Shown here one piece after another: positions 1 through 9,176 of a stretch of 64,000 bases of DNA. The stretch is from Bacteroidota bacterium. Its GTDB lineage: Bacteria; Bacteroidota; Ignavibacteria; UBA10030; SZUA-254. The stretch covers positions 42,492 through 106,491 of the forward strand of contig JAGVIE010000030.1 in NCBI GenBank assembly GCA_020056225.1, given 5' to 3'. Each line of letters begins with the position of its first letter. The stretch's first letter is position 1. The translations under genes were made by a program, and so were the position numbers. Below the pieces are notes generated by a model. The model was not told where the DNA came from and did not search any database. It worked only from the letters and a program-made list of their open reading frames with translations.

Positions 1-303
1 GATAAATCCACTGTTCTTCATCATCTGCGCTTTCATTTTAGTTACTTCATCATCGTAGATGGAAACTAATACAAAAGGAATTTCTTTCCCCCCTAAGATT
101 CCGCGTGCTTGATTACAAAAATCAAAACCGTCCATAATCTTCATGGCATGATCTGCAATAACCAAATCAATTTTTTCTGTTCTAACAGCTCGCATTCCTT
201 CCCTGACATCATTAGCAAGCAACACTGTAAAACCTTCATCTGAAAGATACTTCCTGACAAGTAAACGATAAGAAGAATCTTCCGTAACGAGAAGAATATT
301 CAT
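1..303 (-). CDS. Response regulator receiver (CheY-like) protein, 3' end outside the window
   Basis: Not in the ORF track. Manual translation from ATG 303 gives MNILLVTEDSSYRLLVRKYLSDEGFTVLLANDVREG...IDLVIADHAMKIMDGFDFC, a receiver-domain pattern with the phosphoacceptor Asp (IADH). Confidence 0.85.
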   Translation of the reverse strand, partial: MNILLVTEDSSYRLLVRKYLSDEGFTVLLANDVREGMRAVRTEKIDLVIADHAMKIMDGFDFCNQARGILGGKEIPFVLVSIYDDEVTKMKAQMMKNSGFI

Positions 304-578
304 TAAAGACCTAGTATTGTGATTTATATTAAGTTCAGCTAAATTTACAACCCATGAAGTTAATCAGATAATAGGAAATTGTCAAGTTCATTTTCTTCGC
401 CCAAATAATACGGGTAAGATGTCAATAATTCGAATATGAAGGGCATAATCTAATTATCAGTAAGAAAGCTTCGGCTAAGTTCAAATTGAGATGGTTTCTT
501 TACCGGCAGAATATTCTCAGCCATTTCCTCTGCACGCCCCCGCCCCAGCGGCGGGCGGGAATACTTTTTACCGTGACA

Positions 579-3482
579 TTATTTGAGAAGCAATACTTTT
601 TTAACTTGTGTGAACACTTTGCTTGGATCGGCAATGTTGATCGCCTCCAATTTGATAAAGTAAATGCCGCTCGTTGAACCTGAGGCATTCCATGTAACAG
701 ATTTGAACCCGGCTTCCTGGACTTCTTCTGCTAAAATTTCCGCAACTTGCCCGATGACATTATACACCTTCAATGTGACTCTACTGTCTACAGGCAATTG
801 GTAATTTATAACAGTTGATGGATTGAATGGATTAGGGAATGCATTTTCAAGACTGTATTTCGCCGGAATTTCTTTCGCATTGGTATTAATAAATGGAGGA
901 GGAGGAGGGAACTCGGATGTTGATTTAATTTTTACCTGTGATGAAGCCGATCCTGTTGAATTCAGCGATAAAATGAGTGAGCCGGATTGACTGACTTTTA
1001 CCCAGTAACCCAAGCCCGGATGGATGGAGTCGGCAACCCCGTAGCTGGATGAATATCCGAAAAATGCGCTCGTTATAATATCCGGAGGATCGCTCGTAAC
1101 ATTAGAAACTGGAATTGGTTCTGAGATTGAACCGATTAAATTCCATCCCTCCGCAACCCGGAATATTGCACTGAAGTTCGGGATGCCCTTCCATTGCACT
1201 TCAGTAGGCGAATTAAATTTTAACCAATAGCCTGCAAACTTTCGGAGAGTATCTAACGGAATATAAGAACTGCCTGAATAAGCATACGCTGATGATATCG
1301 AGGTCGGAAAGATACTGTCTTTATCTACACTCTCGGTATCAATTGGCACGGAAACCAGGTTCCACTGATCATTGAGTGTTATTGATAGTGTCCTCTGTGT
1401 CGTATCTATATAATTGACGAAGAGTCGGATATCATCGATATAGAATCCATCACGAGTAACATATCCATCGCTTCTAAGACGGAATCTTATCTTAAAATTC
1501 GATGAAGCATATTGAGATACATCCATCTCATCTTCTACCCATCCGCTTTTTATACCATCGTATCCAAATGTTCCTGTAACCTGTACACCGATTCCACTTG
1601 CAGGTCTTGTGTATTGACCGGAAACAGTTGACCAGTTCGCTCCACCATCTGAGGAAGCTTCTACGGTTGCAAAGTCCCAATCTGATTCAATATCCCATCT
1701 ACACCAAAATTTCAGATAAGCTTTATCAACATGATTAAGATTGATCGGGTAGATCGTTGTCATGCTGTTATCAACTAAATCGGGATAATTATCGTCGGGG
1801 CTATCGGTGAATGAATTAACCGGTGAGTGCGATATTGCTGACAAGCCCCATCCGGCATCAGTAGTCCAGGCAGTCATTCCGTTTTCAGCGCTGTCAGAAA
1901 ATGCCAGATGTAATTTTCCGATAAATATTTTAATCGTATCATACATGAATCGACCGGGCTGTTCGGTGATTTTTGTATATAGGTATTGGTCCCCCGCGAT
2001 GGCGTGTGAGCCGACAGAGCATGGGAGAGAGATTTCGTAATTCGTTAGCGAAGCCAGGGGAGGGATCGAATATGTACTTGCTGGAATTCGTATCGCTGTG
2101 CCCGATGTCGATACATCAAGAGATAGATTTTGCGCAGTTTCTAAACCTTTATTGCGAATCGAAAGATGAACGGTAAACGGTTCATTGTTTTCCAAAAATC
2201 CGTCACCGCTGCTGTCCTCGACGGAATATTGAAAAAGTCTCTGATAACTGCCGGCTACATTAGCCAAATATAAATTTTGATGCAGATTCTCTTGAGCAAT
2301 TGGAAGAATTCTATCGGATGAGGGCCAAAAGCCATCGGCTGAATTGCCGACTTCGGGTAGAAACGAGAAAATTTTATCTTTTGCAATCTGCTCGCCGTAC
2401 ATCCAGTCTGTAGCGCCTCCGTTTACAATATATAAACTTTGACCGCTTGGACCCGAGAAATAATGATTGTACTTTGTCATATCCTGACCATACTCTGCAA
2501 ACTGGGCAGAATCCGGCGATTCATAAAATGAAGTATGATCCCACGGATAAAGCAATAAATTACCATACGAGTGATAATTAAACGCAGTTTTGAAATTGTG
2601 TTCCATACAAAATAGAGCAACATTAAAAATTTCCGGCTCGCTAAATTCCGATGTTCCGCGATAAGTTTCAGAAGTAGGATACGGGCTTGATCCTGCATCA
2701 TCCAACCCCCACGTGTAACCGTAATTCCGATTTAAATCAATGCCATAAGAATCGTTATCGGTAACAACATTCCGCATATTTTTTCTTCGCATACCTCCAC
2801 CCGTTGGAGAGATTCTACGGTTCGCTTCATAACCATCAGCATTGATCACAGGAACAAAGTACATATGTCGATTATCAATTAAATAAGTTGCTTCCGGATC
2901 GCTTCCATAATTTTGCAGCAGGTGCCACATGAAATAAATCAAATTCATCATTCCTTGCGGTTCGCGTGCATGAGTAAGCGCAGTGTATAAAACTTCAGGC
3001 TTCGTTGAGGAGACATCGGCATCTTTTGTAATTCGCACTGCCCAGATATCCCGTCCCTGAAATGTATTTCCAATACTGAATTTTTCTGTAATTAAATTCG
3101 GGAATAAACTTCTCATCGAATCGAGCAAATGCACAACCTCATCAAAAGTATAATTCCCGCCCATACTGCCGTCTCCAAATCCGAGTGCATTATAAGGTCC
3201 CCTAATTAAACGTCGCGAAAAATATTTCGTCATGTCTTCAACTAATATCTGAGTTTGAAAACCGAGATTCTTAATATTGTCCAATTCTTCATTTGATATA
3301 GTTACTTCTACCCATCCGCCTATCTTACCGACCGCTCCTTCCATATCGATCCCGGTCGACAACAATTTCCTAAATAACAATTCATCGGGAATAAATACTT
3401 TAACCTTTTTATACAATTCAGTTGATAGCGTATTGGATATAATTATTATCAACATTGTTAAAAGTATTAGCGCTTTTTTCAT
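579..3482 (-). CDS. Secreted M14 zinc carboxypeptidase (carboxypeptidase T-like) with accessory beta domains and a T9SS-type C-terminal domain
   Basis: Motifs HAREP, DLNRNY, HSY and PEV. C-terminal NAFPNPFNPST...YFIKL...KKVLLLK. Signal-peptide start MKKALILL at 3482 (the ORF track extends to 3545). Confidence 0.9.
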   Translation of the reverse strand: MKKALILLTMLIIIISNTLSTELYKKVKVFIPDELLFRKLLSTGIDMEGAVGKIGGWVEVTISNEELDNIKNLGFQTQILVEDMTKYFSRRLIRGPYNALGFGDGSMGGNYTFDEVVHLLDSMRSLFPNLITEKFSIGNTFQGRDIWAVRITKDADVSSTKPEVLYTALTHAREPQGMMNLIYFMWHLLQNYGSDPEATYLIDNRHMYFVPVINADGYEANRRISPTGGGMRRKNMRNVVTDNDSYGIDLNRNYGYTWGLDDAGSSPYPTSETYRGTSEFSEPEIFNVALFCMEHNFKTAFNYHSYGNLLLYPWDHTSFYESPDSAQFAEYGQDMTKYNHYFSGPSGQSLYIVNGGATDWMYGEQIAKDKIFSFLPEVGNSADGFWPSSDRILPIAQENLHQNLYLANVAGSYQRLFQYSVEDSSGDGFLENNEPFTVHLSIRNKGLETAQNLSLDVSTSGTAIRIPASTYSIPPLASLTNYEISLPCSVGSHAIAGDQYLYTKITEQPGRFMYDTIKIFIGKLHLAFSDSAENGMTAWTTDAGWGLSAISHSPVNSFTDSPDDNYPDLVDNSMTTIYPINLNHVDKAYLKFWCRWDIESDWDFATVEASSDGGANWSTVSGQYTRPASGIGVQVTGTFGYDGIKSGWVEDEMDVSQYASSNFKIRFRLRSDGYVTRDGFYIDDIRLFVNYIDTTQRTLSITLNDQWNLVSVPIDTESVDKDSIFPTSISSAYAYSGSSYIPLDTLRKFAGYWLKFNSPTEVQWKGIPNFSAIFRVAEGWNLIGSISEPIPVSNVTSDPPDIITSAFFGYSSSYGVADSIHPGLGYWVKVSQSGSLILSLNSTGSASSQVKIKSTSEFPPPPPFINTNAKEIPAKYSLENAFPNPFNPSTVINYQLPVDSRVTLKVYNVIGQVAEILAEEVQEAGFKSVTWNASGSTSGIYFIKLEAINIADPSKVFTQVKKVLLLK

Positions 3483-3579
3483 CTTGATCTCTTTATGTTG
3501 GATTCTTAGAAAGACGATGGATTCTGAATTCATTGAATTTACCAAGAGATTCTATGAATGTCAAACTATACGAAAATCT

Positions 3580-3608
3580 TTGGATAAGCCCTAAAAAAAT
3601 GTTAATAT
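3580..3608 (+). promoter_or_regulatory. Putative sigma70 promoter of the catabolic operon
   Basis: TTGGAT (3580-3585), 17-nt spacer, TAATAT (3603-3608), with an extended -10 TG at 3600-3601. Confidence 0.5.
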
Positions 3609-3628
3609 TAAGTAGCTTTGATTGATTT

Positions 3629-3700
3629 ATCACCCTCATTCTTGATTTGATGGTGATTGGATTCAACAAACAATTATCATCAAATAGTCTGTTTCTCTTT
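3629..3700 (+). promoter_or_regulatory. Leader with two overlapping, mutually exclusive stem-loops (candidate attenuator or operator)
   Basis: ATCACCCTCA (3629-3638) pairs with TGATGGTGAT (3648-3657) at 9 of 10 positions. Alternatively 3645-3659 pairs with 3671-3685 (15 bp, 2 G-U), followed by a T-rich tract. Confidence 0.4.
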
Positions 3701-3750
3701 TAAAAGAATATCCTAATAAAGAAATAATATCATTAACAAAGAGGTTTCTT

Positions 3751-4497
3751 ATGTCAATAGATTTGGAAAAAATCTTACGCCCTGTAGATATGGTATTGCC
3801 AGAGTTTCCCGCAAAATATATGACGCTTTCAAACGGCCAGGAAATGGTGGTACGGCAGGTCAACCGCGATGAGATTCCAGATATCCTTCCCCATGTGGAA
3901 AAGCTTATGCACGTCGAGCGGGATTATTATCACATAGTTGCGGCAAGAGTATATGCCGAATTGCTTGCTTACTACACGTACAGGGTACAAGATGAATATG
4001 TTCTCGCGGCGCAAGTCAACGGTGAAATTGTCGCCGTTGTAAACGGCAGAATAGTTAATCCGGATATCGGCATGTCGTTTCATACTTTATCAATGCGGCG
4101 TGGACTGCGAGTCGGCGCGCACGCGTTTGCCGCTAAAATGGAATATCACATCGATATACTAAAACAAAAAGAAGTTCTGATAGTTGCTGAATCACCAATC
4201 GGTTTTAGAAGATGGATGATTGAATACAAACTTGAAAAGCGTTTTCATATTCCACATGAATTAGGAGGATGCCCTTCATGGTCGTTAACAAAAGAATTGT
4301 TCGATAAAGCGCGAAACACTTTAGTTGTTGGACGTCGTCCTGTTCCAGAAAAGTTGCTTGCCAAAGCACACGCAGCAATTTTGCCCCCAACCGATCCGCC
4401 GAAAGCACCTGAAGATTTATTAGCCGCAACCCGATCGATGCTCGATAACACCGGCACTTCTCTCATCGATATGAGAAGAAAATTAGGAGGAATATAA
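3751..4497 (+). CDS. GNAT-fold protein of unknown function (first gene of the operon)
   Basis: 248 aa. Pattern VVRQV...YVLAAQVNGEIVAVVNG...HTLSMRRGLRVG resembles the GNAT beta2-beta4 strands and acyl-CoA-binding motif A. RBS AGAGG. Confidence 0.55.
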   Translation: MSIDLEKILRPVDMVLPEFPAKYMTLSNGQEMVVRQVNRDEIPDILPHVEKLMHVERDYYHIVAARVYAELLAYYTYRVQDEYVLAAQVNGEIVAVVNGRIVNPDIGMSFHTLSMRRGLRVGAHAFAAKMEYHIDILKQKEVLIVAESPIGFRRWMIEYKLEKRFHIPHELGGCPSWSLTKELFDKARNTLVVGRRPVPEKLLAKAHAAILPPTDPPKAPEDLLAATRSMLDNTGTSLIDMRRKLGGI

Positions 4498-4498
4498 T

Positions 4499-5674
4499 AT
4501 GAGAGAAGTTTATGTTGCTGGAATTGGCATTACAAGTTTCACGCGGCTTGAATATCCGCTCGTTGAAATTGCCGCATATCCGGGATTGATGGCTTTGCGT
4601 GATAGCGGACTTAAAAAAATCGATCAGCTTTACGTTGCCAATATGGGAAGCGGCAGAGTGAATACACAAACCGGTTTGGCAAGTGCGGTTGTTGATCATT
4701 TAAGTCTTACACCCGCGGGTGCAGTAACAATCGAAAACGGTCCTGCCTCTGGCGCCTCGGCAATCAAAGAAGGATTTATGGCTGTTGCATCGGGCATGCA
4801 CGATGTAGTCATGGTGATCGGTGCTGAGCGAATGAGAGAAGTCAATCAGTTGGAAGCAACAGATTTTGTAGCAACGCTCACTCATCCACTTGCAGAATAT
4901 ATTTACGGCGTAACACTTCCCTCTCTTGCTGGAATGTTCGCACGCTTGTACATGGAAAAGTATGGTGTTACTTCGCGGCATCTTGCAATGGTTGCGGTTA
5001 AAAATCATCACAACGCAATGGATAATTTCTATGCGCATCTACACGAAGAAATTACACTCGAAGGCATTCTTGATTCTCCCGAAGCATCTACCAATAATCC
5101 GTATGTTGCGGATCCGCTAAGATTCTACGATATGTGTCCTGTTTCAGACGGCGGCGCCTGTTTGATTCTTGCCAGCGCGGAGGTGATGAAGAAAATCAAC
5201 AAACCGATGATTCGACTTGCAGGTATCGGACAAGCAACTGATACGCATGCCGTACATGAGCGAAAAGATCCGACTGATCTTCTTGCGGTTCGTGAAGCAG
5301 CACGGCAATCTTTCGAAATGGCGAAAGTTAAACCACAAGATGTTAATGTAGCGGAACTACATGATGCTTTTACAATTCTTGAAATTGCGGAGAGCGAAGA
5401 AGTCGGTTTCTTTAAAAAAGGTGAAGGACATATCGCACTTGAAAAAGGTGAAACTAAAATCGGCGGTAAAATTCCGATTAATCCATCCGGCGGACTTAAA
5501 GCAAAAGGGCATCCCGTTGGCGCCACAGGCGTCGGTCAGGCGCATGAGATTGTTCTTCAGTTGCGCGGCGAAGCTAAGAAGCGGCAAGTGAAAAATGCGA
5601 AGATCGGATTCACATGCAACTTCGGCGGCTTTGGGAATAATGTTGTCTGTCTTACTTTTATAAAGGAGAACTGA
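4499..5674 (+). CDS. SCP-x/archaeal-type thiolase-fold protein lacking the nucleophilic Cys
   Basis: CPVSDGG, ELHDAFT and NPSGGLKAKGHPVGATG are present. ENGPASG replaces the canonical ExACASG. Confidence 0.9.
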   Translation: MREVYVAGIGITSFTRLEYPLVEIAAYPGLMALRDSGLKKIDQLYVANMGSGRVNTQTGLASAVVDHLSLTPAGAVTIENGPASGASAIKEGFMAVASGMHDVVMVIGAERMREVNQLEATDFVATLTHPLAEYIYGVTLPSLAGMFARLYMEKYGVTSRHLAMVAVKNHHNAMDNFYAHLHEEITLEGILDSPEASTNNPYVADPLRFYDMCPVSDGGACLILASAEVMKKINKPMIRLAGIGQATDTHAVHERKDPTDLLAVREAARQSFEMAKVKPQDVNVAELHDAFTILEIAESEEVGFFKKGEGHIALEKGETKIGGKIPINPSGGLKAKGHPVGATGVGQAHEIVLQLRGEAKKRQVKNAKIGFTCNFGGFGNNVVCLTFIKEN

Positions 5675-5676
5675 AA

Positions 5677-6024
5677 ATGGAATTAAATATATATGCATAC
5701 AAATGCAAACGCTGCGGTGAAATTCATTATCCTTATAAAACAATCTGCAAAAAATGCGGAGAGAACGATCATAACGAATTCGATATCGTGCCGCTTCCTA
5801 AAAAAGGAAAGCTATTAACCTTTACCATACTTCATAATCCTCCCTCTGATTATGAAGTTGTTACCTTATCGCTCGGCATTGTTGAATTAGAAGGTGGACA
5901 ACGAATCACCGGGCAATTGAACATCAAGAATCCGAAAATCGGGATGAATGTAGAAGGAAAAATAGAAATAGTCCGCAAAGAGGCATACAACAAACATTTA
6001 GGAATGGTGTTCTATCAGGCATGA
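5677..6024 (+). CDS. DUF35 Zn-ribbon/OB-fold protein (thiolase partner)
   Basis: CKRCG...YPYKTICKKCG followed by GKLLTFT...GIVELEGG. Lies immediately after the thiolase gene. Confidence 0.9.
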   Translation: MELNIYAYKCKRCGEIHYPYKTICKKCGENDHNEFDIVPLPKKGKLLTFTILHNPPSDYEVVTLSLGIVELEGGQRITGQLNIKNPKIGMNVEGKIEIVRKEAYNKHLGMVFYQA

Positions 6025-6845
6025 TAGAAATCGTCAGTCATGGAAATCAAATCCGCCGGGGTAAATATTATTTACATTCGAAATTTACTTCGGCGGTGAA
6101 TTTTTGTTCCGATGATTCTTTTGTTTTCGTTGTCAATAAAGAAGTCGGATCAGGACCGCTTAACATTGTAGTGCAAGGAGTTGCGGTAGATTCAGTCTCG
6201 TCTCTGGATGTCGGCAGTGATGGTTTCTATCTCAATGGAGATAAGTTTTGTATCGATGAGTTGAAGATATACGATTCTAAATTGCAGATATCCGACTTCA
6301 GCGAGAAAAAGTTTAAGCATAATCTAAGTTTCTTTGAATCAACTCTTATTGAATTCTCTCCACCGAAAAGTTTAGCGTTCCTTCTTGATGAAAGTAGAAA
6401 GAATGAATTCACATCATCGTTCGAGATTGAATACGTAAAGCGGTGTCAGAATGCCGTTCAATTATTTCTATCGGATGATTTTCTCAGTGGGATCAAGATG
6501 CTCAAGGGCTTAGGTCCCGGACTTACACCGAGCGGCGACGATTTTATTTCGGGAGTTCTGATTGCATTGAATCTACAAAGCATGATTAATTCGTTTGATA
6601 ATTCAAATATTATCAAACAGATATATGAAACGGTTGAAAGCAGAAATCATTTTACAACCGCATTTTTGAGATGCGCGGCAAATGGATTTCTGTTTGAAAA
6701 GTTTAAACAATTGATTGACTCCCTTATGCATGCTGGTGAAGATGAGATTATGCAGAACACGAGATCGTTATTTACAATAGGAGCAACATCCGGGGCAGAT
6801 CAAGCAGTCGGTTTTATCATTGGTATTAAAAGGTTTATACAATGA
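6021..6845 (+). CDS. DUF2877 family protein (YlbF/AllH/YahE-like)
   Basis: GLGPGLTPSGDDF and IGATSGAD motifs. Adjacent to fdrA. Confidence 0.85.
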   Translation: MIEIVSHGNQIRRGKYYLHSKFTSAVNFCSDDSFVFVVNKEVGSGPLNIVVQGVAVDSVSSLDVGSDGFYLNGDKFCIDELKIYDSKLQISDFSEKKFKHNLSFFESTLIEFSPPKSLAFLLDESRKNEFTSSFEIEYVKRCQNAVQLFLSDDFLSGIKMLKGLGPGLTPSGDDFISGVLIALNLQSMINSFDNSNIIKQIYETVESRNHFTTAFLRCAANGFLFEKFKQLIDSLMHAGEDEIMQNTRSLFTIGATSGADQAVGFIIGIKRFIQ

Positions 6846-8401
6846 ACATTATTGGAATAATTAAAAAGGGCGAGTACTACGACTCGATTTCCATCATGCT
6901 GATCGCAAAACATATTTCAGAAATGGAAGGTGTTGTCGATTCTGCCGTCGTGGTGGGAACAAAAGAAAACAAATCCATACTCACTTCTTCCGGTTTGATG
7001 ACACCCGATGTCCAACCGGCTGGAGAGATGGATCTCATCGTTGCACTCAAACTTAAAAATGGCATCGATTCAAAGAATGTTCTTTCAAAGATCGATGAGA
7101 TTTTTAAAGCGATGAAAAAATCGGATGACGGTGAGAATTTTACACCGCAAAGCATCAACGGCGCGTTAAATGTTTTACCGGATGCGAATATGGCAATGAT
7201 TTCCGTTGCAGGGCGATATGCCGGCGACGTTGCAATGAAATCGCTGCAACATGGATTGCATGTGATGCTCTTTTCCGATAATGTGCCGATTGAAAAAGAA
7301 ATCGAATTGAAAAAATTCGCTCGTGAGAAAAATCTGTTTGTCATGGGTCCCGATTGTGGAACAGCGATTATTAACGACATCCCGCTTGCGTTCGCAAATG
7401 TCGTTAACCGGGGGCATATCGGCATTGTTGCCGCTTCCGGGACAGGTTTGCAGGAAGTGAGCTGTTTAATCTCTAATGCGGGCTGTGGAATTTCTCAGGC
7501 AATCGGCACAGGCGGGCGAGATGTGAAAAAGGAAGTAGGCGGTATTATGTTCATCGAAGGAATGAAAGCTCTGGCAGCAGATCCTAACACGGATGTTATT
7601 CTCCTCGTTTCGAAGCCACCCGCAACGGAAATTGTGGAAAAGATAATTTCAGTCGCACGCGGAATTAAGAAACCAATTGTCGGTGTATTCCTCAGCGCAT
7701 CACCAAAACTTCTCGAGAGAAGCAACATCCGTCAGGCATTAACACTTGAAGAAGCGGCGATGCTTTCAGTTGCATACTCGAAAAAAGAAAATGCTTCTGC
7801 CGTTACTGATGTGTTGAAAAAACGCGAAGCCGAAATAATAAAGACAGCAAAAAAAGAAGCGGCGAAACTCTCTTCCGCTCAAAAATATCTCCGCGCACTG
7901 TACAGCGGCGGAACATTCTGCGACGAAGCGCAATTGCTTTGTCAAAACATTTTGGACGAAGTGTATTCCAATATTCCGTTTGGCAGCAGTAAAAAATTGA
8001 AGAACTCGTGGAAAAGCGAAAAGCATACGATTTTAGATCTGGGCGACGATGAATTTACAGTCGGGAAGCCACATCCGATGATTGACTACTCGACCCGCAA
8101 AAAGCGAATCCTTGCTGAAGCAAATAATCCCGAAACCGCTGTTATATTGCTGGATATTGTTCTTGGCTACGGTTCGAATATGAATCCGCTGGCGGAAATA
8201 ATTCCGGTAATAAAAGAGGTTAAGAAAATTACCGCTCAACAAAAACGATATGTACCGATCGTCTGCTCTGTAACCGGCACCGATAAGGACCCGCAGAACC
8301 GAGCCGCAGTTGTCACTGCACTCGAAGCGGAAGGCGTGAAGGTAATGGAATCGAACGCGGCGGCAAGCAGGTTGGCGATGTCAATCATATTCAATCATTA
8401 A
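6842..8401 (+). CDS. fdrA: FdrA/AllF acyl-CoA synthetase-like protein
   Basis: YYDSISIM, FSDNV, MGPDCGT, AASGTGLQE, GTGGRD, SGGTFCDEA and DLGDDEFTVGKPHPMID. Confidence 0.92.
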   Translation: MNIIGIIKKGEYYDSISIMLIAKHISEMEGVVDSAVVVGTKENKSILTSSGLMTPDVQPAGEMDLIVALKLKNGIDSKNVLSKIDEIFKAMKKSDDGENFTPQSINGALNVLPDANMAMISVAGRYAGDVAMKSLQHGLHVMLFSDNVPIEKEIELKKFAREKNLFVMGPDCGTAIINDIPLAFANVVNRGHIGIVAASGTGLQEVSCLISNAGCGISQAIGTGGRDVKKEVGGIMFIEGMKALAADPNTDVILLVSKPPATEIVEKIISVARGIKKPIVGVFLSASPKLLERSNIRQALTLEEAAMLSVAYSKKENASAVTDVLKKREAEIIKTAKKEAAKLSSAQKYLRALYSGGTFCDEAQLLCQNILDEVYSNIPFGSSKKLKNSWKSEKHTILDLGDDEFTVGKPHPMIDYSTRKKRILAEANNPETAVILLDIVLGYGSNMNPLAEIIPVIKEVKKITAQQKRYVPIVCSVTGTDKDPQNRAAVVTALEAEGVKVMESNAAASRLAMSIIFNH

Positions 8402-8420
8402 TCAATTGAAAGGAAGAAAC

Positions 8421-9176
8421 ATGTTTAATCAAAAGAAATATTTTGAAGTAAATCGAGAAGAAAGACATTTCGGATTTATACTGCTTTCCGAGGTGCTCAA
8501 CAACGACGAGTTTCGAAATCGATTGTTTAGTATTATTAATGAAAAGCTCTTTTGCAACTTAAATCCAAATGATTTCGAAATTTATTCCGAGGTAGCTGCA
8601 CTGCGGGATTATTTCTTCGATCTTGGTGATAGCATCATCTATACAAAATCAACCCATCAAAAAAGATTCGAACTTTTATCTAAAATCTTATCTTCAGTTG
8701 GATATCCCGAACTCGATATCAATTCGCACGATGTTTTCTGGACAACAAAAAATCTTGAAACCAGAAAACTTTGGTCTCCTAGTAATTGGAATATAGAAGA
8801 GATCAAAAAACTTGAGAAACGAGAAAATGATTTAGTATCAATACGATGGTGTTTTAATGCAAAACCTGATTTCATGATAGACTGCCATAATCACGTAGTC
8901 TTTCTAGAATTGAAGGTAGAATCAGGCGAAGGAGCTAATGAATTTGGATATAGTCAGTTTGAAATTCAAAAGAAAATATCTGATTTTATGAAATTGCTAA
9001 TACCAGAGTACCAAAACTCTACTTTCTTTCACACAACATTGCAACTCAAATCAGAACATGGCAACTTGAGTTGGAAGGAAGTTGTCGATCTCTTAGATTT
9101 ATGCCGTCGTGATAGTATTGCATACAAGAATGTTCAGAACTCATTAAAACAACTCTTACGCTATTACAACAAATGA
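8421..9176 (+). CDS. Hypothetical protein, putative PD-(D/E)XK nuclease
   Basis: KPDFMI...FLELKVESGE motif. Visibly AT-richer than its neighbours. ATG 8421 follows AGGAAG (the track starts at TTG 8406). Confidence 0.6.
   Translation: MFNQKKYFEVNREERHFGFILLSEVLNNDEFRNRLFSIINEKLFCNLNPNDFEIYSEVAALRDYFFDLGDSIIYTKSTHQKRFELLSKILSSVGYPELDINSHDVFWTTKNLETRKLWSPSNWNIEEIKKLEKRENDLVSIRWCFNAKPDFMIDCHNHVVFLELKVESGEGANEFGYSQFEIQKKISDFMKLLIPEYQNSTFFHTTLQLKSEHGNLSWKEVVDLLDLCRRDSIAYKNVQNSLKQLLRYYNK

Noticed and set aside
536-560. GC-rich hairpin after the carboxypeptidase gene as a ncRNA or riboswitch
   Set aside because: It is only a short stem (CCCGCC-N5-GGCGGG) with no U-tract or known aptamer motif. At most it is a weak terminator.
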